Source: the human T2T-CHM13v2.0 reference genome, Homo sapiens
Reading direction: 5' to 3' (one strand)
Assembly (NCBI RefSeq): GCF_009914755.1
Contig: NC_060936.1
Length of the DNA stretch: 64,000 nt
Shown: positions 1-15,917 of the stretch, piece by piece
How the letters are laid out: every line of letters starts with the position of its first letter
How positions within the stretch are numbered: the first letter of the stretch is position 1
Made by a program: the position numbers and the translations under genes
Notes under the pieces: generated by a model
What the model was told of the DNA's origin: nothing
Database searches by the model: none
What the model saw: the letters and a program-made list of their open reading frames with translations, nothing else

Positions 1-118
1 AAGGGAAAAGAGGGTTTTGAGAAATGATCAAGCTTGCGATCTTAGATCTGAATTGGTATTTAAATACTTATATTCAGTCGTAGTTCAGCAAGAAGATTTT
101 TCTTATAATTTTCTCTAG

Positions 119-158
119 CCAGGAATCATGCTCAAAGACAGACAACTCATTTCCTCAG
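119..158 (+). other. Candidate small exon (coding or lncRNA)
   Basis: Pyrimidine tract ttttctctAG (AG at 117-118) and consensus donor CAG|GTGAGT (156-164) in apparently non-repeat DNA; ATG at 128 reads MLKDRQLISS. Confidence 0.3.
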
Positions 159-884
159 GTGAGTCTAGGCAAATAATTTTATTTGATTAGGAGTCTGAAG
201 ATGTGGAAGCTAACTGGAATATCTGATATCAGTAACAAAAAGTCAGAAAAAAAGGAACATCACTGTATTTAATGTTGTTCTATTTAATCTTAACTGCAGC
301 ACTCTGTGATACTCTGAAAACATAAAAATGAATCGATATTGAGAATAGGGATTTTTCAAGTTATTTACTCTGGGATTAAGGTGATGCCTGACAAGAGATA
401 TAGTACGCTTTTCACACGGTGCTGTAGAATCTCACTGGAAATTTCTGCTTCATAAATAGGAAACTGTATAACATTATTATTTATATTCTTTATGTTGTCA
501 AAATCAGGACTTAGTCAATGGTGTAGCAGACCAAACCCGGAGACTAGGACGCTTTGCAGAAGAACCAGTAATGTTGAAACTGTGGGCAGTGACCCTACAG
601 AAGGTGAAAACACATCTGAGACTCCAGAGTAACCAGGAAATAGCAAACTTAGACGTGGTTGGTCAGTATTAGGTGATTCAGAGAAAGGAAGCTACCCTCT
701 TGAGAGAATGTCAGAGGATTTGATTAGCAATATGTAGCTTTTGTAGCTAAAGTAGTTTTATCATGGAACACAAAAATAGGACACTTCTTCTGGGACTGAG
801 ATAAAAGTGAGAGCATATTCACAGAGTAAACACAAGGTCAAAAATTGGGGTAGAAGGCACGAAACTGTGGAGAAGGCTAAATTA

Positions 885-1178
<294 letters not shown>

Positions 1179-1523
1179 AATACACTCAACTTGCTCCTGA
1201 ATAGTGTTTTACATCCCCCTAGATGGAACACGGTAGTGGTGAAATTCTAATGTATCTCAAAGCAATAAAAAATAAGTGCAAATCCTAGTACAAAAATCAC
1301 ATTATAGCATGCAACTCTTTGGTTTGTATTTAGAAGTTAAATTCAGTAGTGTATTTTAAACCTTGATATTACCATGCAAAGTATATGCTAAAAATACATG
1401 CAAAATTTTGAACTGTACTTTAAATTTTTCCTCAAATGGGGTGAACCTCATGATGACATAAATATATTTGAAACATTTTTGTATTATTTTATTCTAACTC
1501 AAATAATTTCTTTTCTTTTAAAA

Positions 1524-1590
1524 AAGCTTTATTGAGGTAGAATTGACATAAACTGCATGTATTTATAGTGCACACTTGGATAAGTTTTGA

Positions 1591-1643
<53 letters not shown>

Positions 1644-2050
1644 CACTTATGAAATCACCACCAAAATTAACATAATAAACATATCTATCACTCTCAAAAG
1701 TTTTCTTCTCCCCTTTTGTAATCCCTTTGTCCTGGTCTCACTGCCCACATCCAAGCAATCATTGATCTGGTTTTGTAACTATAGACCTCTTTGCATTTTG
1801 TAGTTTTATATAAATGCAATCATACATTATGTAGTATTTTTGCCTGGGCTTTTTTTTTTCATTCTGCACAGTTATTTTGAGTTGTGTGTTTCAACAGTTT
1901 ATTCCTCTCCCCTGGTTTTTTTCTTTCCTGAGTAGTATGCCACCACAGGAATATATTACAATTTGTTTATCTATTCATCTATTGATGGATGTTTGTGCTA
2001 TTTCCAATTTTTAATGAAATAAAGCTGCTAAGGAGCACATGTACCATTTT
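1524..2050 (-). mobile_element. Old L1M (L1MB/ME-type) 3' end fragment
   Basis: agctttattgaggtagaattgacata... matches the antisense 3' end of L1M. Confidence 0.7.
1594..1643. repeat. (TG)n(TA)n microsatellite
   Basis: About 20 TG units followed by TA units. Confidence 0.97.
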
Positions 2051-3261
2051 ACCATGTGTAGAATCCTTGTGTTTTCATAGTATAGCTACTGAGCTTCGGA
2101 GGTCAGAAAAAAATTAATGAAGAAACTGTTTAAGAGATGTTTCAGAGTGTGTCAACAGAAGGCAAACTGACATCTCTTCCCCTCCGTGACATTTTGTTGT
2201 GTTCTGTCAAGGCAAGAACCTGATGTTTCTTATTGACTCAGGAGGAATATATACCTAAATGAGATTCTGTTGTATATTAAAGTATAATGAAGCTAACTTC
2301 TCTGTTAGTTTGAATGTCAAATACCATCATTGCATTTCGTTATTCTCAGAGTGCTTTTCTAAGAAACTGTAATGCACATGTCCAAGCTTCATAATTGCAA
2401 TGTTTTCAATATTATCATCTTCAAATTATTTCTTATTAAATTTTAAAGCTTTCAATAAAAGATATTCATAACCACATTCTTTGATTCCTAAGATGTTCTA
2501 AAAGGCAGACTTGAAATTCATTATATTTGAAAGCATTTACAACTCATTGGAAACTGTTCTGCAAAACAATGATAATGGGCAGTAAATAGGAATATTAAAC
2601 AACATCCTCTCAGTTACTTAGTAAATACTTTGCACAAGTTAAAATCACAGTGTAAGAATTAGTTGAAAGCTTAGATGTTATCCAGTCATGGCTATTCATT
2701 TGATACTCGAGGTCAAATAATTTGCTTTGAGCCACACAAGAACAGTTGCTAGTGACTGAGTAGATTTTTAAGTCATTTACCTCTGATGCAGTTTTATTTT
2801 TATTACTATTCCTTACTATCTCTTAATATTCCTGTTGCCTTCTCAATTTTTAAAATGGATTTTCAAATGTGGGGAGACATATAATATTTTTATGCTAATT
2901 TTTTAAGGAAAATAGATGTGGGTTTTCTTAGCCAGAAGGTGTCATTTTACCTTCTGGTAAAATGGTAAAATAACAAGCTGTTATCACTGTGACAGCTACG
3001 AACTTTTGTCCATGGAGACATTCAAAATCATACTTTTGTTCTTCCTCTAAGTAAAATGTTGTCTTTATTTACTTTAGCTTAGGGCTGCTCTTGCTGGTAG
3101 AAATGGCAACAGTTTGCTTTAGATTAAATGTTCTTTTAAAATGTCATAGCTCTCTTTCCTCCTACCTAACTACCACATTTCCATCTAAGGAATTTTCTAT
3201 ATATAAAATTTATTCTGCATCTGTAATGATAAAAAAGAAGTAAAAAAGCTTATTTATGCCA

Positions 3262-3480
3262 CATAATAGATAGAGTATGTGCTTTGAGGTCAGAATATTA
3301 TGCTGCTTAGTAACTGTACAAACTTGTGCATTGGAATTTAGCTCCTAAAGTTTAGGTTTTATTAGAACGTATGTATAAGATTCTCTACTGTGCCTAATTC
3401 AGAAGTTTTTATGAGAAGAACATGAGATATTTTATGGGAAAGCACTTTATAGACTACCACATGATAGACAATATAATTGC
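3262..3480 (+). mobile_element. MIR fragment
   Basis: gctttgaggtcaga...aagcactttatagac resembles MIR 5' and 3' parts. Confidence 0.5.
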
Positions 3481-4152
3481 AATTTTATCAGTTCTCTGAG
3501 GTTGGATAAAGCCAATGTGAAAAGTCTTGTCAAAATGCCAAGTCAAATCTATTTGGGTTCCTACATGGCAAAGTAGAGTAAAGTGCTACAAATTTTAGAA
3601 ATGCAGATCCACTGGGTCAAGACACTGCAATGGCTTTAATAACAAATATTAATTCTGTGCCTGAAGTGTGCTGAACACATGATGAAGGGTGTCCTCATGA
3701 CGGCTAAAGCACTATTGGAGGGCAAATAGGATGCAGAAGTTTCCCAAGACCCAAAGACTTGTGTGTTGAAGTATGGATTCTCTCTGCCTCATTCATATTT
3801 CAGATTTGAGTTGTATAATTGAGCCATAGTTAACTGAGGCTATCACATTTTAATTCAGACATGTAAATTTAACATTTGTGTACTTAAATAATTTCCTGTA
3901 AATCAAGCATTGCTAATTCATGGATATATATTAACGGACAGTATCAACATAGGTTCTGATTTCAGTAACTTATAACTGTATACATAAACTTTCAATTGTT
4001 TAACACAAGCTGGTGGATGAGTGAAGCTGTAGAGTGATTTGTGAATCTCACCAAGATTTTAGAAGTAAAAGATCAAATTACAATAAAGGAAATACTTCTT
4101 TGCATCTTCACTTTATCTCCACTAATTTAATTCCAATACATATTTTTATTGC

Positions 4153-4509
4153 TGCTACAGTCCAAATGTTTGTGAATCCTCCAAGCCCCAACAAATTCAT
4201 ATGTTGATACAATGTGATGACGGTAGGTGGGGCCTTAGGAAGGTTATTAGATCATGAAGGTGGAACCCTTATGAATGGGATTAGGGCCCCTTGAAAGAAG
4301 CCCTAGAGAGCTGCCCTGCCCCTTTCACTATGCAATGACACAGTGAGAAGGCACCATCTATGAATTAGGAAGAGGGCCCTTACTAGACACAGAATCTGCC
4401 AGTGCCTTGTTCGTGGACTTCCCAGCCTCCAGAAATGTGAGAAGTAAATTTCTGTTGTTTAAAAGTTACCAGTATGTCTTTGTTATAGCAGCTCGAATGG
4501 AATCAGACA
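4153..4509 (+). mobile_element. MLT1A-family solo LTR (ERVL-MaLR)
   Basis: TG...CA ends, aattcatatgttga, ggacttcccagcctccagaa, ttgttatagcagc...agaca; 5-bp TSD attgc/attgt. Confidence 0.88.
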
Positions 4510-5374
4510 ATTGTCTACTGATGTTAGTCATTCTCTATTTTTATAATAGGGAGTGTTGTAAAAATACATAGGTAACATCTTTGACAAATTTCCAATGTTT
4601 TGTGATAAATATACTATGAAAATTTGTACATAATAAGCATCTGCTTCAGAAAAATGATATTTGTTGATAATGAGAATTTAAAAAACCTTAGCTTAAAATA
4701 TTGTAGAGTATCTGATATATGTAAATACAGCCCTGGAGTATGATCAGCTTCCAGATTTCATATTCCAAATGGTTCTGAATTTCTATTGCTTTATGGAGAA
4801 TAATTCTAATTTTAGTTTATGATTGAATTTTTAAAATATATCTGAACTTCAATTTTTTCTTGAGTAGAGATCTCTGGTTTTCTTTGCAAAGTCTGGCTGA
4901 AGTAAAAAGAGTAATTTTAATTTTAAATATTTAGAAACTAGATTAAAGTATGTCTGCTTTCAGAAATTATCTTTCCAACTTAAAGGTCACATAAATCTTG
5001 AGTAAATTCTTATTTCATTTTCTTTTATTTATAAAGCCATTTTCATTCATATATATTTTAATTGCCAAAACTAAAAGTTAACATTTGGAAGGAAGATTAT
5101 GACTTTCGATTTCACTTTTGCTGCGATTGTTTTAGATGTTAAGAGAAGTTTAAGCATTGCCTTTTATGGAGCAGCTGTGCAAGCATGGATAGAAGTTGGG
5201 CACTCTCACCTGAGCAAGGGCTCTCTCCCACCAAAGCTGATCTGGCTGCTTCTGAATTCCAGAACCACAAAACAAGACACAAATGCCGGGCCCCAGATAT
5301 ATTAACATCTCTCAAGGAATCTAGCTAGCTACTTGGAAGCCAATTATTGATATCAGAATGCTTTTACTATGAAG

Positions 5375-5777
5375 GTGACAAAGTTTTGGTCCTAGTAGAA
5401 TATTTATCTATTCTGGATATGGGTTTGTCTTCACTGTTTATAATACTTAGGCCAGGATAACTATGTGATTGCTTTTAGGAAATTTGATTTACTGATACAG
5501 GATTCTTAGTTCCACCTTGGATCAAGGAACATTTCTTGGATGACAGACTATAGGCTTGGGATCCTGTTTTCCAAAAAACAGTACCAGTATTGGACAAAAA
5601 CATATATATGGCACACTTGCTCAATAGCTACAATAAATGATCCCCAAACCAAGAGTGGTAGTAGGATTTGCTCCTCTCACCATCACTCTCAAATTGCAAA
5701 ATGTATGCTTTGTGCCTATGCAACTGTAAGCTCTGCTGGATTGAAGGTCCTGGTCAATGGGGGTATGCCTCTATCGC
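5375..5777 (+). mobile_element. ERVL/HERV16-like internal region, integrase remnant
   Basis: Translates YSGYGFVF (from 5409) and DQGT (from 5520), similar to ERVL integrase DTYSGYGFAFP and SDQGTHF. Confidence 0.7.
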
Positions 5778-8700
5778 ATAGTTGGAGACTTCAACACCTC
5801 ACTGACAGTATTAGACAGATCATCAAAACAGAAAATTAACAAAGATAGTCAGGACTTGAACTCAGCTCTGGATCAAGTGGACCTCACAGGTTATCTGCAG
5901 AATTCTTCACTTCAAAACAACAGCATATACATTCTTCCCATTGCCACATGGCACTTACTTTAAAATTGATCACATAATCGGAAGTAAAACATACCTCAGC
6001 AAATGCAAAAGAACTAAAATTATAACAGTCTCTCAGCTCAGTCAAATTAGAACTCAAGTCCTGGCATGGTAACTTACGCCTGTAATCCCAGCAGTTTGGA
6101 AGGCCGAGGTGGACAGATCACTTGAGGTTAGGAGTTCAAGACTGGCCTAGCTAATATGGTGAAACCTTGCCTCTACTGAAAATACAAAAATTAGCTGGGT
6201 ATGGTGATGGGTGCCTGTAATACCAGCTACTCAGGAGGTGAAGCAGGAGAATCGCTTGAACCTGTGGGGGTCAGAAGTAGCAGTTACCCGAGATTGTGCC
6301 ACTGCACTCCAGCCTGGGCAACAGAGCGAGACTCTGTTATTTTATTTTATTCATTTTTTATTAGAATTTAAGATTAAGAAATTCACTCTAAACCACACAA
6401 CTACATGGAAATAGAACACCCTGCTCCTGAATGATTCCTGGGTAAATAATAAAATTAAGGCATAAATCAATAAGTTCTTCGAAACTAATGAGAACAAATA
6501 GACAGTATAGAAGAATTTCTGTGATGCAGTTAAGCAGTGTTAAGAGGGAAACTTATAGCACTATAATGCTCACATCAAAAAGCTGGAAAGACCTCAAGTT
6601 AACAACCTAACATCACAACTAAAAGAACTAGAGAACCAAGAGCAAACAAACCCCAAAGCTAGCAGAAGACAAGAAGTAACTAATATCAGAGCTGAACTGA
6701 AGGAGGTAGAGACATGAAAAACCATTAAAAAAATCAATAAATCCAGAAACTGGGTTTTTGGAAAAATAATAAAATAGATAGATAGCTAGCTAGACTAATA
6801 AGAAAGGAGAGAAGAACCAAATAAACGCAATCAGAAATGATAAGGGGGATATTACTACTGACCCCACAGAAATACAAACAACCATCAAATAATACTATAA
6901 ACACCTCTATGTATATAAACTAGAAAATCTAGAAGAAATTGATACATTCCTGGACATATACACCCTCTCAAGAGTAAACCAGGAAGAAATTGAATCCCTG
7001 AGTAGACCAATAATGAGTTCTTAAATTGAGGCAGTAAAAAATAGCCTACCAACCAAGAAAAGCCCAAGACCAGATGGATTTGCAGCTGAATTCTACTAGA
7101 AGTACAAAGAAGAGCTGGTGCCATTGCTACTGAAACTATTCCAAACATTTGAAAAGGAGAGACTTCTCTCTAATTCATTCTATGAGGCCAGCATCATTGT
7201 GATATCAAAACCTGGCAGAGATACAACAAAAAAACTTCAGGCCAATATTCTTGATGAACATCAATGCCAAAATCTTCAGTAAAATACTGGCAAACTGAAT
7301 CTAGCAGCAACATCAAAAAGCTTATCCACCATGATCAAGTCAGCTTCATCCCCAGCATGCAAGATTGGCTCAACATACACAAATCAATAAATGTGATTCA
7401 TCACATAAGCAGAACTAAAGACAAAAACCACATGATTATCTCAATAGATGCGGAAAAGGCTTTCAATAATATTCAACTTCTCTTCATGTTAAAGACTCTC
7501 AGAAAAGGAAGCATTGAACAATGATACCTCAAAATAATAAGAGCCATATATGACAAATCCACAGCCAATATCATAACGAATAGGCAAAAGCTGGAAGCAT
7601 TCCCTTTGAAAACTGGCACAAGACAAGGTGCCCTCTTTCATAACTCCTATTCAACATAATATTCGAAGTTCTGGCTAGGGCAATCAGGCAAGAGAAAGAA
7701 ATAAAGGGTATTCAAATAGGAAGTGAGAAATTCAAATTATCTTTGTTTACAGATGACATGATTCTATATCCAGTAAATCTCATTGCTTCAACCCAAAAGC
7801 TTCTTAAACTGGTAAGCAACTTCAGCAAAGTCTCAGTATATAAAATCAGTGTGCAAAAATCACTAGCATTCCTACACCAACAACAGGCAAGCGGAGAGCC
7901 ATATCATGAATGACCTCCCATTCACAATTACTACAAAAAGAATAAAATACCTAGGAATACAGCTAACAAGGGAAGTGAAGGACCTCTTCGAGGAGAACTA
8001 CAAACCACTACTCAAAGAAATCAGAGAGGACACAAATGGAGAAACATTCCATGCTCATGGATACAAAGAATCAATATCATGAAAATGGCCATGCTGCTTA
8101 AAACAGAATTAGAAAATAAAACTATTTTAAAATGCATATGGAACCAAAAAAAGTACTTGTATAGCCAAGACAATCCTAAGCAAAAGAACAAAGCTGGAAG
8201 CATTACTCTGCCTGGCTTCAAACTATACTACAAGGCTACAGTAACCAAAATAGGATGGTACTGGTACAGGAACAGACACATAGACCAATAGAACAGAATA
8301 GAGAAATCAGAAATAAGACTGCAAACATACAACCATCTTACCTTTGACAAACTTGAAAAAAACAAGCAATTGGGAAAGAGTCACTATTTATTAAATGGTG
8401 CTAGGAGTGCTGGCTAGCGATAAGCAGGAAAATTGAAACTGGACCCCCTCCCTTACACCCTATACAAAAATTAACTCGAGATGGATTAAAGACTTAAATG
8501 GTAAAACCTGAAACTATAAAAACACTAGAAGAAAATCTAGGCAATAACATTCAGGACATAGGTACCAGAGAAGATTTCATGACCAAAACTCCAAAAGCAA
8601 TTGCAACTAAAGCAAAAATTGACAAATGGGATGTAATTAAACTAAAGAACTTCGGCACAGCAAAAGAAACTATTATCAGAGTGAACAGATAACCTACTGA

Positions 8701-9629
8701 ATGGGAGAACATTTTTGCAATCTATCCATCCAACAAAGGTCCAATATCCAGAGTCTATAAGAAATGCAAACAAATTTTACAGGAGAAAAACAACCCCATT
8801 AAAAAGTGGGCAAAGGACATGAACAGACACTTCTCAGTTGTTGTGGCCAATAAACACATGTAAAAAGCTCAACAGCACTGATTATTAGACAAGGGCAAAT
8901 CAAAATCACAATGAGATACCATCTCATGCCAGTTAGAACAGCTATTATTAAAAAGTAAAAAACCAACAGAGGCTGGCGACATTGTGGAGAAAAGGGGACA
9001 CTTCCACACTGTTGCTAGGAGTGTAAATTAGTTCAGTGTGGTGATTCCACAAAGACCTAGAGGCAGAAATACCATTTGACCCAGCAATCCCATTACTGGG
9101 TATAAACCCAAAGAAATACAAATCATTCTATTATAAAGATACATGCAAGCGAATGTTCATTGCAGGAGCATTCACAATAGCAAAGACATGGAATCAACCT
9201 AAATGCCCATCAATGATAGACTGGATCAAGAAAATGTAACACATATACACCATGGATCTTTGCAAGGATATTATACAGCCATTAAAAGGAATGAGATCAT
9301 GTCCTTTGCAGGGACATGGATGGAGTTGGAAGACATTATCCTCAGCACACTAACACAAGAATAGAATACCAAACACCACATGTTCTCACTTATAAGTGGG
9401 AGCTGAGGGATAAAAACACGTAGACACATTGGTGGAAACAACACACACTGGGGCCTGCCAGGGGTGTGGAGGGAGGAGAGCATAGGGAAGAACAGCTAAT
9501 GAATGCTGGCCTTAATACCTAGGTGATGGAATAATCTGTGCAGCAAACCACCATGGCACACATTTACCTATGTTAACAAACCTGCATATCCTGCACATGT
9601 ACCCCAAACCTAAAAGTTGAAAAAAAAAA
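5778..9629 (+). mobile_element. 5'-truncated L1PA (about L1PA13-16), disrupted ORF2 plus 3'UTR and poly(A)
   Basis: ORF2 fragments ([36 protein letters not shown]); older L1PA 3'UTR; A-tail near 9620. Confidence 0.95.
6059..6359 (+). mobile_element. AluS nested in L1, with inverted (T-rich) tail
   Basis: Full Alu body; TSD attagaactcaag (6046-6058) / attagaatttaag (6360-6372). Confidence 0.93.
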
Positions 9630-10180
9630 CGGGTCTCACTAAACATATAACTATTCCTGTTGCCTGGTCACTTTGGAGTCCTTATGCCGGTGGATGAAAA
9701 GGTGAAGAAAGGACTTTTTATCCTAATGGAGATAATCAGCTCTACCTTTCTTGGGAAGATTTGGTTACTGCCATGTAATTGTGTCAGAGATGAGTGTTTG
9801 AAACTTACAGATTTTACTGAGTATCTTAGAACTTTCATGACCAGTGAAAATAGTGCATGGACAATTGCTGAAACCAAACCTGACAAGAGCAAGGGCACTA
9901 AAAACACAGACACCCCAGAGATGAACATCTGACTGACCCCATCAGACAACTTGGACCAGGTGAAGTGCTGGCCAAGAGTGAAAGGAATCTAGAGTGGGTA
10001 GATGAAGAAGATGATGGATATTAATTATGACTTCTATGTCAGCTGCAAATGGGAACTGTAGGTTGTTTTCTTAACTCTAGTATAAACAAATCTTATATTT
10101 AGAGATTGCAACAAGTACCACCTTGAAGAGTCAGCAACACAGTGAACTAAATATGAGACATAAGCAGATTCAAGTGGTAT
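9630..10180 (+). mobile_element. ERVL/HERV16-like internal region, dUTPase remnant and 3' end
   Basis: ORF 9660-9932 PGHFGVLMPVDEKVKKGLFILMEII..GKIWLL resembles ERVL dUTPase PPGHFGLLMP..AKKGVTVLAGVIDPDYQGEIGLL. Confidence 0.72.
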
Positions 10181-10182
10181 AA

Positions 10183-10615
10183 CTGATGATCTATGCGTGT
10201 GATGCGCCATGCAAAATCTTGGCCCACATGAATTCAGCAGAAATGTTGTGTACTGTTCATTCACCTGATCTTACCGACACAACACATATATGCAGTACAA
10301 TCTCTTTTCTGTGCTGCTGTGTAGCTTTCTCTTCAGCTGCAAAAGACTGCTTAGCATTGTGCTACTGCAATCTCAAGTTTTAAGTTAGTTAAAGTGCCCT
10401 GGGAAATTCCTCAACCAATAAAGGAAAGGAGTTGGTGTGTAATTCGGTCAGTCCCCTTATTCTCTGGGGAGAAAGGCCAATTTGGAGGCACATTCTGTGT
10501 GGTTTCTCATTTTTCCCCAGTGGGATTAAGCCCTATATTTTGCAGAGGGAACCAGTTAATTAACATATACTTTATTGGTTTTTCTGCCTTCCATGTCTCA
10601 TGTTCTCCTCTTTAT
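10183..10615 (+). mobile_element. LTR16-family LTR (3' LTR of the ERVL remnant)
   Basis: ggagttggtg, gaggcacattc, ccccagtgggattaagccc and attggtttttctgccttccatgtctca motifs resemble LTR16. Confidence 0.62.
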
Positions 10616-11543
10616 TTAAATTTTAAGAGCTATTAAAATATGAGGTATAAAAGAACCAAGGGGAGATTATCTCGATAACTTTCATAGCCTCTCTGTGCTA
10701 AGTGGCCACATGCAAATGTACAGTTGAAGGATGTCCTACAGGAATATTTACCTAACACATTTCATTTCATCTGTTTTGTTGAGAGTGGTTAACTGTTTGT
10801 CAGTTCTATACAGAATTCAGATTTCTCAACCCAGAACATGTCTGCATTTCAGTATAGTTTCTATTCCCAGACAATGACTATTTTTGTTCTATAAACTTGC
10901 TTTTTGGTTTGGGACTTTAATGTAATGTACATTTCTTCCCTTCATCTCCAGATCATGGTGATGCTTAAAATGCAATAAATGCTGCAGCAAAATAAATTGA
11001 CACCAGGGAGTATGGAAAGGAACATATATCTGCTTAAGGAGATTTTTTTCAACCTCAATCTGAATATTAAACAACGTTTGTGCCATCAAAGAAGGCTGAA
11101 TCCAGGGATATCAAATGAATAGCCATCCTATTTAGAGCTGGCACTTTTATTCCTAATAGAGTAACAAATATCAAATAGCTAATATCAATTCATTATTCTT
11201 TAGCTTAGTTTATGGTCAGTGGCTTTTATACTCATTTATCTAGAGATGTTTTTTATAATAAGATTAAAAAAATTTATGATGTGTTTAACAATTCCACTTA
11301 TGGTATCAGGAGACTCTAGGTACAGTAAATTTGAGTACGTTTCTGATTATTATTTCTAAATACCATCCAGGAAGACATCTCCAACAATACAATCATTTCA
11401 ATTCTTTTTCTTTTTAGTCTTGAATCTAGACAATATTTTACCAATACCAAGTAACAGAGGAAATATAAATATTTAAATTTTATTCATCTAAAGTTTCCAT
11501 ATTTTCTATTTAATAGCAAAAAGTATTTAAATGATGACACTGA

Positions 11544-11792
<249 letters not shown>

Positions 11793-11899
11793 CTATCCAG
11801 GAAATTAGCCAAAGGATAGGAAAGGATAATTCTATCCAACATACTTACTGGATGCTTAGTAGGTGCCTGACACTGAAGCAAATCTAATGCGACGGGTAA

Positions 11900-12455
11900 A
11901 TCTATACAATGTAAGTCTTAGCTTTGCTATTTCCTGAAAATGTCATTTGGATTATTATTACTAACTTATCTGCCAATTTCTTTATCATTCAAAGGAAAAT
12001 ATGAATTCTTGTATACCAAGCCTGCTGTTAGGGTTTTATGAAATAGTATATGTAAAATGTCAAGCAATGCCTAGGGCAAAGTATTCAACGAATGTTAGTT
12101 ATTTTTGGACTCCAGGGATCCAGGGATGAACAAGTGAGACATCTCACATGGAGGCAGACAATTTAATATGTAATTAAAATACAGCGTGATAGTGGTAAGT
12201 GACAAAGAGAGTGTGTCATAAGACAAAAGCAAACAGAATCTAGATGAAAGTAATATTTAAGTCCAGATCTGAAGAGAAAGAGAAAGTTAGGAGGAAAAAA
12301 TGAAAAGAATGACATTCTAGAACAAATGAAGAGGCCAAATGAATGAAAGAGTATTATGACTTCGAGGAGCTAAAATAACTTAAGTGTAGCTGAATAGGTA
12401 GCATGATTGATGTTGTAGCAAGAGGTAACATGACCTCAGGAGAGGTCAGCAACCT
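11900..12455. mobile_element. MIR followed by L2 fragments
   Basis: tatatgtaaaatgtcaagcaatgcct (MIR 3' end); purine-rich L2-type ggagaggtcagc. Confidence 0.45.
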
Positions 12456-12460
12456 TAAAT

Positions 12461-14090
<1,630 letters not shown>

Positions 14091-15917
14091 AGATTATACA
14101 ATCAAAAATATCCAAGAAAAGGAAACTGATTACAATTTTAAGTGGTGTGTAGTTTATGTTATTTAATTGTGTTTGTTCATCATACAAAGGTCTCATTAAG
14201 TGTTTAGGGAGCTGTCACGTAAATAGAAATTAGATATGTCCTGTGTTTGGTTTCTATGGGTAGAACTAAAACTAATAAATATAAATGGCAATCAGATAGA
14301 TTAAGGGGCAGCATAAACATGAGTTCCCTAAACATCACTGACTTTTTCCCATTGAAAGCTATTTGGTGTTGAGTTTCTAGGAACTGAGCCAAGGCAGAAA
14401 AATCATCAATGCTATTGGATAGGTTTAAATGCTAGAGAGGTCGCTGGATAAAATGACCTTCAAATTTTCCTAAAATGTTGAGATTCTGTGATTTTTTTAT
14501 TTATTAGATTACCTGAAATATAAAACAATAAGAAATGTATGAAAAATGACAACCAAAGGCTTTGTAAAATTAGTTCTTCAGGTTTTTTTTTCTTTTTAAT
14601 TTTGCTGTTTAACACAGTTCCCCTGATTTCCACAGAGCAACTGCTCTTGGAAGGAAATTCTAATGCTATGTCATTTGGTGAAAGCGTCTACCCAAACAAT
14701 CTGCTCAGGCCTAAATAATGTTAAAAGCTGCACATGGAATTGTGTTAAAACAGAAATAAATTATTTGTAATTTTGCTTAGTGCCAATTAATTACTTTTTT
14801 GAAATAATTGTTTTTAATGAAATGTATGTTTTATTTGTCTGGTTATCATAATCACTTTTTGCTTTGTTAATTTATTTTTCATTTTTCAAGTGTGCAATGG
14901 AATTTGCACATCAATTCAAAAAGGGTTAGAGCAACTGTACACGTTGAGGAACTACATATATTAAGGAATAACATAATGAGTAGTCAACAAGTTTATTAAT
15001 TGTTTTAATGAAATTTTACCTCCAGTTAAATTTATGTGACACCTACACAACCATCAGTTAATTTGGAGAGAAAGAAGTGCAGTGATGTTGGATGATCATT
15101 GGCTTTCTGTATATTTCAGTAAATCATACTGATAATTTTTGATGCTGTATATGTATAGCAAAATATACTTTGATTTAAAATAATCCATTTTGTATTTTGT
15201 CAACTAATTATCATAATGTGTAAAAAGGTGCAGAGAAATCTCCCTCTCTCCTTTTCTCTCTTTCTTCCTATCTCTCTCTCTTTCTCTCTCAGTAAAATAA
15301 AAAGTAGTAAAGAGACATAAGAAACTAAGAGATAAAAAGATGCTCATCTGTGAAATACATGGAGGCGAAATCATCAGAGATTTTAAAAACAAATGTAAAA
15401 AGAAATCCATGGGTTTCTTTCATTCTTCATTCTCACTGTCTCCTTACTAATATTTAAGAACATTCCAATCACATCATTCCCCATCTGAAGTGGCTATTAT
15501 CTGCTCCCTTGCTCTTAAATCTCCTCTCTTTTGCATGGTAGCTTCTTTCATCTTTAGCTGTTAAAAGATAACTCTAAACATTGTTTAAAGAACAAGCAAT
15601 CTGAGGTGAAGTTCAAAAAACACTAAAGAGTATTACATTTATTGAATTGTGCTTAAGATCAATGCATTATGAATTTCCTATTAGAGCTCTTCACTATTTT
15701 CTGGACACATTCTTCTATTCTTTGTTACATGTATAATGTACTGAACCTGCAGGTAACCAACATTCAGCTTCACCTTCAGATTTGTCTTGGTTTTCTCATG
15801 TGGGCTTTCAGTAATTCTCTCTAAATCAATATTTGTTCTTTCTACTAAAATACAAGCTCTTACAAGCAAGATACAATTTACTGTGGATACGAAATCAGCA
15901 GAATATAAGCTCAGAAT

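Noticed and set aside
1597-1803. CV-repeat ORFs (also 30801)
   Set aside because: Translations of TG/CA microsatellites.
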